DNA of 64,000 nucleotides from a virus. Lineage: Duplodnaviria; Caudoviricetes. The stretch is taken from the IMG/VR virus record IMGVR_UViG_3300046167_000798; one strand, written 5' to 3'. A program made the position numbers and the translations under genes. Positions 9,019 through 19,708 of this stretch are shown in pieces. The first letter of the stretch is position 1. Every line of letters begins with the position of its first letter. Under the pieces are notes generated by a model. That model saw only the letters and a program-made list of their open reading frames with translations, was not told where the DNA came from and did no database searches.

Positions 9019-10215
9019 TTATCTTTCCAATAATTTTTTTACAGCAGTTACCCACTTATCTTTATAATCATATCTCATCATATAGGATTTTATTTTATTA
9101 AATTCAAATAATCTTTCTTCGTGTGTATCAAATAATATTTTTTTATAAGCTTTATCAAACTCATTTTTAGTTGATGCTCTATATTTGTAATCTAATTCTT
9201 TTCCCCAATCTGTGTGTATTATTGGCAATTTACCGAAATCAACTGCCTGAAAAATAGAATATCCAAATGGTTCTTTAAAATAAGCTCCATGAAATATTCC
9301 AAAATCTTTTTTCATAAAAGTAGTATGAATACCAGGATTCCATTGAAAAAATTTTGTATTGGGGAAAGTATAAGTTGTTGAATCTTTTAAATTTTGAAAA
9401 TCATAGTAATCAGTTAATACATATCCCTCATATCCATGCATCCAATGAATACACTTTCTTGATTCACATCTTGATGCAAATCCTATCTTACCATTATCCA
9501 TATCTGTATTTAAAGAGAGGTTGTGTTTAAATTCATAATAATTTGGTACTTTGTAAGTATAATTTGGAAACCTATCTACAATCTTAGATGGATTATTTCC
9601 AATCCAAACTCTTTCTTTAAATGTTTCAAAGTAATCATCACAAAATTTCTCATCTACTTCTGTATTGAATTGTAACCTTTTTAATTCAGGATATTCATCT
9701 AATACTTCTTTCATTTCAGTTGGATATGCATGTACAAAACATAATTCAAATTTATCTTCATGTTTCCATATATGTTCTCTTTTGTGATAATGAGAGTGTA
9801 ACGAGTATATATAATCACAATCAACCAACCACTCCTCTGTTATATCTACATCATCAAAATGAAAATGATATTCTAATCCTTCAGGTAAAGAAGATGGATT
9901 AAAATTAGGTGGTCTTTTAGAATCTATTAATAGTTTCCATTTATTTCTACCTTTTAATTTAGTCCATACATTTTGTAAAAAATTATTTACCCAAATATCA
10001 GCACCACCCTTTATTGTATTTCCCGCTCCGGTACATACTAATATTTTTTTAGTAGTTTCTTTTTTATTTTTTACAGGAACAATATGTGAATTTTCTGGTA
10101 ATTCTCTATTGATTATAGAAAGTATTTCTTCTAAATTTATAATATCCCCCATATCGGTAAGATAATTAAATAACCTTTTTTTAATATTTTTTGCTGGAAC
10201 ACCTTTTATTATCAT
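9019..10215 (-). CDS. GT-B fold (GT4-like) glycosyltransferase
   Basis: GGADIW N-terminal loop, IGFASR, EPFGYSIFQAVDFGKLPI. Confidence 0.65.
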   Translation of the reverse strand: MIIKGVPAKNIKKRLFNYLTDMGDIINLEEILSIINRELPENSHIVPVKNKKETTKKILVCTGAGNTIKGGADIWVNNFLQNVWTKLKGRNKWKLLIDSKRPPNFNPSSLPEGLEYHFHFDDVDITEEWLVDCDYIYSLHSHYHKREHIWKHEDKFELCFVHAYPTEMKEVLDEYPELKRLQFNTEVDEKFCDDYFETFKERVWIGNNPSKIVDRFPNYTYKVPNYYEFKHNLSLNTDMDNGKIGFASRCESRKCIHWMHGYEGYVLTDYYDFQNLKDSTTYTFPNTKFFQWNPGIHTTFMKKDFGIFHGAYFKEPFGYSIFQAVDFGKLPIIHTDWGKELDYKYRASTKNEFDKAYKKILFDTHEERLFEFNKIKSYMMRYDYKDKWVTAVKKLLER

Positions 10216-10216
10216 A

Positions 10217-10444
10217 TCAGTCTTTATTTACATTTCGTATCTCTTGACCATCATAGTACATTTTAATTGATTTTACATATCTTTTAAGTTCACTATTATT
10301 TTTATTAAATACAACTATATACTCATGAATGTAATTATCAATATCATTTTGAATTTCAATATTATGAAAATCTTTTTCATTTGTTAAAGTTTGTTCTACT
10401 TTATGACCAAGAGAACACTCTACTATCATTTTTAGTTCTGTCAT
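10217..10444 (-). CDS. Hypothetical protein
   Basis: 75-aa ORF, tight spacing in the array. Confidence 0.55.
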   Translation of the reverse strand: MTELKMIVECSLGHKVEQTLTNEKDFHNIEIQNDIDNYIHEYIVVFNKNNSELKRYVKSIKMYYDGQEIRNVNKD

Positions 10445-10448
10445 TTTA

Positions 10449-10922
10449 TTATGGTTTAGTTGGCCAGGTTATATTAAATGGGTCTGGTTGATTTGTTATA
10501 TCTCTTAGTGATTGTCTATATGTACTCCATTCCTCACTAAGTGTTGGTGTATCCTGTAATGCCATATAATCGGTTTCTGAAAGAAGTTTATCTCTTTTTT
10601 CTCTTAAGTAATCCCACCTACTTTCATTAACCTGTGCAATTTCTTCTGCAGTAAGGTCTACAACAGAGTATGTTCTAACATATACAGAACCACTTTGTGT
10701 TGGTGTTACTTCTATAACATCTTGATATTCACTACAAGATGGATATGAATTTGAATCAACTACACAATAAATACTTGAGGATATTAAGCTTTCAGTAGTT
10801 TCATCATCAAACGAGTATAAATTATCAAATGTACTAGGATTATTCGCAATATATTCACCTATATCGTAAGGATAAATTACATCTGAGCCTGATACTTTTA
10901 AAAAAATATTATTTATTTCCAT
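10449..10922 (-). CDS. Tail fibre assembly chaperone
   Basis: C-terminal RDKLLSETDY...W.TYRQSLRDI.NQ..P..I.WP.KP; directly downstream of the tail fibre. Confidence 0.85.
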   Translation of the reverse strand: MEINNIFLKVSGSDVIYPYDIGEYIANNPSTFDNLYSFDDETTESLISSSIYCVVDSNSYPSCSEYQDVIEVTPTQSGSVYVRTYSVVDLTAEEIAQVNESRWDYLREKRDKLLSETDYMALQDTPTLSEEWSTYRQSLRDITNQPDPFNITWPTKP

Positions 10923-10944
10923 TATTACTTTTTATATTATATTA

Positions 10945-13900
10945 TTACCATGAGTTTCTACCACCATCATCATGTCCTACTATAATCCAACCACCTTCAC
11001 AATTTTTGGTAGTATTCCCATTCCTAAGAGTTTGTTTATTAAAGATAAATTGAACACAATGTCCACCACTTAAGGTGTACCATCCGTTATTATCTCCTTC
11101 TCCTGATAACCCTTCTATATATGCATTTCTACCATGGTTAGTGTTGAATATATAGACTACCGTACCATCAGCTATATCTTCAACATCATAAATATCAGTA
11201 CTGTATTGATAATTTCGTGCTGCTTTTGGAACAGAACTATCATTACTTCCGTTAGTAAATTGTCTATGTGGAAGTGCATAGTACTGACTTGAAGCTGAAG
11301 AACCAGGAGATAATGTAAAGAATGCACCTTTCATTGGATTTATATATGATGGACTAGTTGAACTCCCACCACTTGATGGAATACTATATCTCCTCATTTC
11401 AGGTCCACTGTAAAGTTGAGGTCTTGCCAGTCCATAAAATGCACTACTTCCTCCATAATCTTGGCCTAAGATAGTACGGCCATAGAAATTAGCTCTACCA
11501 GTTGATGTAATTGTTGAATCATCTTTATCATCTTGATTAAGAGAAACTGTTCCTCCCTCTACTTGTAAAAGTGTAGAGGTATAACTACCAGGTGATACTC
11601 TATTAATTTTTACATACTGGTCTGAGTTTGTTACGGCCTGGAATCCCCCACCTGATAATTCTACAAAGTTTGATGGTTGTGCAAGTGTAAATGATTCATC
11701 AAACCCACTAACTGCTTCTGCACGTTGTGTGGAATTTTGAACATATGTAGTGGTGGAGTTAGTACTAGTTCCATCTAATAAGTATTTTGTTCCTGTTCTT
11801 GCCAGAACTTTTGATTTATGTATAAATCTATAATCTCCTGTACTTGTAATATTAATAGTAGAAGTAATTGGTGTGGCAGAAGCATAATGATAACTGTTAG
11901 CAGATGTAGTATATCCTGAAACTGTTTGCCAGTCATAATTATTTGAATTTCCGGTTGCCGTATAATAAGTACCTATTGTTGTTGCACCTCGTGAGTACGC
12001 ATATCCTAATTGAATCTCAGAAACCGTATCCCATGTACCTGAATTATCTTTCTGAAGACATAAATAAACGTAATGGTAAGTATATGCCGCAGATGCATAA
12101 GATTGATAATTGTAAGTAGGATATGGTGGAACTAGGTTTCCAAATGGACTTCCTGTTGTTACTGAAACACTCGGTGGGCTGGTATTTAATGTCCAAGTTG
12201 GCATAGTTGTCCCACCACTATATAAATCAGATAATTGATACTCACCTGTTGTGGAAATTGTTATATCAGTACTATCTGGTGTACTAAAAGCTGTTGCTTC
12301 CCCTTGTGCACCTGTTCCACTATTTGAAGATACATACGATGTAGCGGGTATTGAAGAACCAGGTTGATTACTATTGTAACTAGCAATGTAAATATTTCCT
12401 GCACCAGCTGAAGTTAAAGTATCATCTGCATTAATTTGTGCTTTAAGTTCATTACTTGAATTAAATAATTGAATCTTCTTAGATGTTGGATTTAAAATAA
12501 TTCTACTATCAACATCTCGAAGTTTACCTTCATTTTCAACAGTATCAACAACCCAGCTACCAAGAATTCCACTTTGTATATTAAATGAACCTGAAATGTT
12601 TGCATCTTGTGCTGACATGTTTCCATCTGAATCTACATGGAATTTAGGATTTCCTTCTGTTGGTACACTTAATGTACCACCAATTACAGAACCACCTGAT
12701 AGAGTTCCTGTAAATGTACCACTACCATTAACAATCAATTCATCTGCAGAAGCATCCCAAGTAAGTGCACCTCCTGTTCCTCCAAGGAAAAAATCACCAT
12801 TATTGGCCATGTAGGTTGTAAAATTACTACCATCATGATATCCTACAAATTGTGAAGTTAAATTTAATCCTGCAGCGGCTGTATTTGTTGCCAAAGCAAA
12901 TGCATTTGCACCACTTCCACCAAATGCATAAGATGTTGGATTTTCCAAACCACCTGTTGTTGCATTAATTGCATTTACACCACTTTGTGCATTACTAACC
13001 GCGGTATTTAATGAACCGGTTGCAGTATTTAATGAACTTACACTACTATTTAATGAACCTGTTGCACTGTTAAGAGAATTTAATTGATTTGCAGTTTGAC
13101 CTCCTGTTATATTAATAGTACCTGTTACAGTTAATTTTGCTTCAGAAGCATCCCAAGTAAGTGCTCCAGATGTTCCACCAAGGTAAAAATCACCACCACT
13201 ATCCATGTAAGTTGTGAAATCACTACCATCATGGTATCCCATATATTGTGAAGTTAAATTTAATCCTGCGGTGGCTGTATTTGTTGCTAGTGTAAATCCA
13301 TTCCCACCAAATGCATAAGAACTTGGATTTTCTAAACCACCTGTTGTTGCATTAATTGAATCTACACCACCTTGTGCATTAGTTACGGCGGTATTTAATG
13401 AACCGGTTGCAGTATTTAGTTCTCCTAAACTAGCTTCAAGTCCTTGGCCAGAGGTTAATGTTATTGCTCCTTTTATATCTAATGTCGAACCATTCCATTT
13501 TAAATGATTTGAACCACCTTTTAAAGATAATCTGTAACTTGGAGTTCCACTATTATCATGGTTACCTATAAAAATACCATCTACATCATATCCTTGGTTT
13601 CCTGCAGTACTACTTTGTCCTATTGAAATGTATGGATTATTAGTACCACCTGCTAAAGTAATATTAGCTGCAGAAATACCTCCACTATTGTTACTACCAA
13701 CATTTAATGTATTTTGAACAAATGAATCTTCAAACAATCCTATCTTTGCTGCCACAAAGAAATCTTGTGTTCCTAAACTTTCCCATTTATTTGCACTTGA
13801 TTGATGAGGTGCACCATTAGCAACATTACCAGTAGCAGAAGTATGACTTGATTTAACTGCATAATATTCATCATATGGTGCGTTACCACTTGATGACCAA

Positions 13901-16900
13901 AGTACTACATCTCTTCTTCCACTTGCTCCAGTCGAAAACTGATATGCTCGGCTATCTTCCCAAACTCCTGTAAATACTACACCTGGTCCATTTGTTCCAA
14001 CAACGGCGGTTGTGACTGGGTGATTAAATTGTTTACTACCAGCATTACCTGAACCATCCTTATAATCAATAGTATATGTTGTTGTAAGTCCACCTGGATT
14101 ACTTGCTGAAGAAGGTTGTGATGGTGTTAAAACTCCTGCTGAAGCTTCTGAACCATTTGTTATACTTGAGTTGATTTTAAATTGTGAATTTGATAATGTT
14201 GCACTACTAAGTACCGCGGTTAATGCCGAACCAGTTTCTTGAGCAGTTATGGTAATATTAGATACACTATCAAAAGTATCTCCATTATTTACATCTCTTA
14301 TAAGATTTTGAGTAAATAAACTTGGAGTTATATCTACTGCATTTGCACCATCTTGTCCAACAGTACCATCTTCACCTTGAATTGATTTTGTTAATGTTTG
14401 AGTAGTTGTTAAACTAAAAGCCGTTCCATCTAATCTTTGACCCGATATTGTATATGTTATAGTTGCCTGATTTGCAGTGAAAGCACTATGGTTACCAATT
14501 ACACAAGTTGTTGTATCTAGTCCTTGACTTGCAGTTCCTTCAGTTAATCCACTTTCATTAGAAATAGAAACACCATATTTTCCTGCAGATACAGTACCAG
14601 TTGTAAATGTTAAAGCAGTTACTCCTTCAAACACTTTAATGTTTGTACCACTTCCTGCAAAAGAAGTTGGTGTTCCACTAGGATTACAAGTAAAAGAATG
14701 ATTTGAATTATCATTAGATACTTGAATACTATCTAAACCTTCTTTTGATTTAGTTAAAGTTTGTACACTTGTTAGTGAAATTGCATCACCATTTAATCTT
14801 TTACCAGTTATTGTATATGTTATAGCTACTGTATCTGTACCATCAACCATTGCAGAATGAACACCAACCACTGCATCATTTGTTGAATCAGTTATAGTAC
14901 CAACTGTAATTGTTGAAGTGGGTGATTGTGAAGTTGCAACTGTCCAATGACCAGCAGTTGAACCATCATTATCATAATCTAATTGAGTTGCTCCTTCAAA
15001 TAAAGAAAGTGTAGTTCCACTATTTGCATAATCTAAAACTTCTCCACTTGAAGATGCTGGTAATGTATGTGATGGATTTGAACTAATAAGTGTTAATCCA
15101 TCTGTTCCTTCTTTTACTCTTACAATTCTTACTTCATCAGTAAAATCACCATCTTCACTAGCAGTTACAGAAAGTACAACTGAGGTATTTGAACCAAAGT
15201 TTGTTGCTGATAATGCTCTTGAATCACCTGTACCAGTTAGGGTTACCGAAGGGTCTGTATTGAATGTAGAGGAACCTGATATATTTTGTCTTATTGCAGT
15301 AAATGAAATTGATGATGGGGTTACTGTTCCATCTAATGCTTCAACAAATACTTGTGCATCATTTGTTAATCTTACACTTCGTGCATTTGTTCCATCTCTA
15401 CCATCCGATACTATAAAGAATGTTTCAGATACAGATGTTGTTTTACTTGTATTTGGGTCAACGAAAGTAGCATTAACAGTTAAGTCTTTTGTAGTTGTTG
15501 CAGTTGAAGAACCTAATGTAATACTTCCACCATCCCCATCGTTTGCAGTTAAGGTTATTTCTGAATCTCCTGTTGCGGTACTAATCTTCATTTTATCAAC
15601 AGTACCATTAAAACTTGGAGTAATCAATGCACTCTTTTGATACTCAGTTCCATTTGAATCAAAGAAAGAAGCAGTTAATGGTAAAGTTGCTGGTGTAAAT
15701 GAATTAGTAAGTCCTCTATTTGTATGTAATGAATTTGCTAAGAATGTTCCTCCACCTAAACCATCAGTTACATCTAATAAAGCAATAGTATCTAATAATG
15801 TACCATCATCTTCTTTAAGTGAAATTAATTTTGAACCACTTATTGCAGTATTAGCAAATACAGGATTATAAGTTACACCATTTCCACCATCACTAATACC
15901 GGTCATACTTGTAGTTAGTAAAGTACTTCCACTATAAAGTTGTGCATCTCCTTGAGCAGAACCACTTACATCAAATGAACCTGTACCATCCAATCTTACT
16001 ACTTGTAGTTGTAACGTACCTTGGTTATTTTTTATTTGTGTTCCATTTATTGGTTTAATGATAAATCGTGGTCTTGTATCAAGGCCTGGTTTTGTAAATA
16101 TTAAACTTTCTTGGTCACTATCTAGTTCATTATTTAAATTAACATTATTATCAGATACTCCTACTCTAAAAGTAAATGGAGTACTTGGAATTGTAGTTGG
16201 TGCAGTAAATACTCTACTCGTATGTTGTGAACCAGTTGAATCGTTAAAAGTAGTATCATCGACAAAACTACTATCTCCTCCTGTAAATTTGTAGTATGGG
16301 TCATTTATAGTAGATGAACCTGAAGCAATTAATGTTACTGTTGATGGAGTTGGGTTTGTTCCATCTGCATTATATTGTATAGTATTAGGACTTATAAGTA
16401 ATGTAACACTACGAGCATTTGTTCCATCAACACCAACTTTAGATACACTTACATCAAATCTTACTAATTTATTTTGTACTAATGTTCCTTCGGAATTTAC
16501 ATAATCAATTGATGCACTACCAATTGTTCCATTATATCCATCGTGAGTACCATATGTTGGTGTAATTATTTCATTAGAATTTGAACCTGAACTTACTGAG
16601 TTGATTTCAAATTTATAAGCTTCACTCAATCCTCCACTTAAACCACTTTGATAACTATATTCAGTCCCCACCTTCTTGTACCACAACTTCTATTGTTTGT
16701 GGAACTTCATATCCACTTGAACCAGAGTTTATTGTTTGAGAAGTTGGTGATGTTTTTGTTAAAACATTTGGTACTGCCTTTTTTGATTTTGTATAAGATA
16801 CAACCTTTTCAAATGATTGTGATGTTGTATTATCACCTGCAAGATATTCAATATTTAATGTTAACGAACCACTATCTTTACTAGTTTGAAATGCAGATAT

Positions 16901-19465
16901 AGAATAGTTAGAAGTATTTGGAGATGTATCAGTTGGTGTTACATTTGTACCACTAATTGTTTTTATATCAAATGTGTTTCTATTTCGTGAATTATCTGAA
17001 TCATAATCATCATGTGTAATTTGATTAGAACCAATAAACATCTGTACCGAACCACTTGATGCTGCAAATCCTCCAAGTATTTCACCAGTCGAGTTAGCTG
17101 GGAATGAGGTTGTTTCATTTGAAAGTACAAGTGAAACTGCATCAAAATTAACTACCTTGGATAATGTAATTTCATCGGTTTGGGAATTACCAAATACATC
17201 AGAACCGGTAAATGAATAAGTTACCTCATCAAAATTATTTGATGCAAATGATTGAGAAAACTGAGTTGATGAAATTGTGTATGAATCTATACCATTTACA
17301 GTTTCTACAAAATTAAGAGGAGGTCTATTACTTCCACTATTTACTTCGATTGGTGTTATCAATGAAGCTAAGTTTTTTCTTTGTGCTCTTACAGTTATAC
17401 TCTGTCCACTTGGTTTTGGTGAAAGAGTTGTTGGTTCGTATATAAATTGATTGGCATTAGAAGTTACTATAAGTTGAGGTGCATTATCACCATCTTCTAA
17501 TCTATATACTGTTTCAAATTCTTGAAAGTTTTCCAATGATGCAGTATAAACAACAGAACCAACGAATGGAGTTTCACTATTATCAGTTCTTGAACCAGTA
17601 AAATTATTTATTGTTACTATTGCACCTGCAGGAGTTATTGTTGTTAACTTACCTGGATATTGTGTATAATCACTAGGATTTAAATAATTACCATCAACAT
17701 CAAATGCCGATGAAGCAAATGTTGTAGAACCAGTTAAATTAGAAGTACCTATTTTAAATTGTATTTGTTGTCCTTTTGGATTTTGTACCGAACCACTTGA
17801 AAATCTAAAAGCATTTCTATCTGATTCAAATGTTAAAAGTTTTGTACTTGATGGAAAATCATTTCCACCATCAAATTCTTTTGTTGCAATTACATCAACA
17901 GGTATGTAATTATTATTTACATCATAAAACTCAAATTTGAAATCAAATGTTTCACTTGCAGTTTTTCTAGGAATATCTTGTATAATAGTAAACTCATCTG
18001 GTGAAAATGATGTATCTTGTGCATTTCTTAAAGATACATTTGAAATGTACCAATCAGACCCTTGAACCTCGAATACTAATTTTGCATCTCCAGTATTTTC
18101 TGATATAATATTTTTAGTTAAAGTTTGTTGTGATTGATAAATATCAGAACCACTTATTGATAAAAAATCTTGAGTAAAGTTTGAAGAACTTAAATATGCT
18201 CTTACTTTTTTATTAGAACTATCAACTGAACCACTTACTTTTGTTTTAAAATTTAAAGTATATTCAACATCTTTTGATATTGATATTGATTGAGAAGTTA
18301 TAAGTTCTTGAACACCACTTCCTGCATAATCTATTTTTACTGCTTGTGATAAAACACTTGAGTTGATTGTAGTGGGATGTGAGTTTGATGAAGTTACCCA
18401 ATAATTAGATAAGTTATATGAATCAAATCTACCATAAGATATTTCAGTATCTCTTGTTGTAGTTATATCTCTAAGTAATTCAGTAGATTCTAGTTTAGCT
18501 TCTTGTACAAATTGGAAATCCCCAACAGCGTTTCTTGATTTTCTAAATACCTTAACTCTGGCAACATCACCAACAAATGTTTTTAATTGTGTGATATCAA
18601 TTTTACCAAACGAACCTGTAAGTGCAGATTCACCTATTGTTTGATTTTGAATATCTTGGTATGTAACACTATAAGATTGTGAACTAAAAGATTGTACTAA
18701 ATTATTTGAATCAGTAAATGGAACATCAACCAGTACTTCTCTATCGTTTAAAACTTCTATAATGTTTGGAGAATAATTTAAAGAAGATATTGTTATTGTA
18801 TTTTCATCAACATCTCTATCCCAACTACCACTCGTTCTTTGTAATAAATAAGTAGTACCCGCTCTCCAATTAGAAATATCAAATGATTGAGGAGGATTCA
18901 TTGGGAATCCACTTATTTCTCCTGTTTCAGTTACATTAGTTATACTTTTTGAAAATATTGGTTTTACTAATTCAGTTATACTAACAATAGGTCTTTTGTA
19001 AAACCTTACAATACTTTCATTGTTTAAGTTTTTATTTATATTAAATGATTTTTCCCATTTAACATTGTAAACACCCTTCCATTCATCAGGTACATCTGTA
19101 ATTGCACCATCATTACCAATATATGTTTTTAACTCACCAAGTACTGTAATCTTACCAATACCAATTGGGGTATCTTCATAAACATGAACAGATACTAATT
19201 TTGAGTTACCTTCATAATATTCAGGCACACCACCACCTGGTTCAAAATATACAGGATTTCCCTCTACATCAAGAATTTCTATTTTTATTTCTGTTGATTC
19301 TTTTAAGAATTCAGAACCCTCGATAAGAAATCCATTCTTACCACCGGTAAATGTTTCATTAAATTCTGATATTCTAAAATACTCAGAATTAGGTAAATCA
19401 TCATTTTCAAATACTTGAAAGTTTGTTAAATTTAGAAATGGTGAGAATTTTTTAATTATAGCCAT
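10945..19465 (-). CDS. Very large tail fibre/adhesin (~2,840 aa); ORFs 16661..19465 and 10945..16686 joined across a 1-nt frameshift
   Basis: Removing one G at about 16667-16670 reads VVVQEGG-TEYSYQSG. S/T/G-rich, repeated DG.NA.SV.L modules, internal duplication, chaperone gene downstream. Confidence 0.8.
12745..13420 (-). repeat. Tandem intragenic duplication (~130-aa unit) in the tail fibre
   Basis: INATTGGLENP.SYAFGG...LATNTA.AGLNLTSQ..GYHDGS.FTTYM...GDF.LGGT.GALTWDAS occurs twice, about 396 nt apart. Confidence 0.9.
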
Positions 19466-19487
19466 ATATTGTATCCAATTTACTTTA

Positions 19488-19495
19488 TATAAATA
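19488..19495 (-). promoter_or_regulatory. Putative phage late promoter (coding strand TATTTATA), representative copy
   Basis: Same motif at 9003, 25057, 26191, 28157, 33499, 40755, 43016 and 59369; in six of nine copies it lies 19-23 nt upstream of the ATG. Confidence 0.6.
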
Positions 19496-19543
19496 TATCG
19501 AATTATTTTTTGTTAATATATATTATATAGAAATCTATATATT

Positions 19544-19708
19544 ATGGGAAAATATACTACAATACAAGTTAAAAGGGAATTATATAAAGAATTACACGAT
19601 TACTGTTGTGAGAATGGTTATTCTAAAAGTGGATTGGTTGAGAGGTTAATTAAACAAAGAATTAGTAAACCTAAACCTACTAATGTACTTAGAGTTTCTA
19701 AAACTTAA
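19544..19708 (+). CDS. Ribbon-helix-helix-like DNA-binding protein (54 aa), not in the ORF track
   Basis: Translates MGKYTTIQVKRELYKELHDYCCENGYSKSGLVERLIKQRISKPKPTNVLRVSKT: alternating beta strand, helix, G-x-S turn, helix. Confidence 0.7.
   Translation: MGKYTTIQVKRELYKELHDYCCENGYSKSGLVERLIKQRISKPKPTNVLRVSKT

Noticed and set aside
12745-13420. DGR template/variable repeat pair in the tail fibre
   Set aside because: Both copies are in-frame coding, differences are not adenine-specific and include an indel, and there is no reverse transcriptase in the window
16640-16700. Programmed frameshift or pseudogene interpretation of split genes (fibre, SbcDC, primase, metK, helicase)
   Set aside because: No canonical slippery heptamer or structure was noticed; the indels go in both directions and hit essential genes, so sequencing error is more parsimonious
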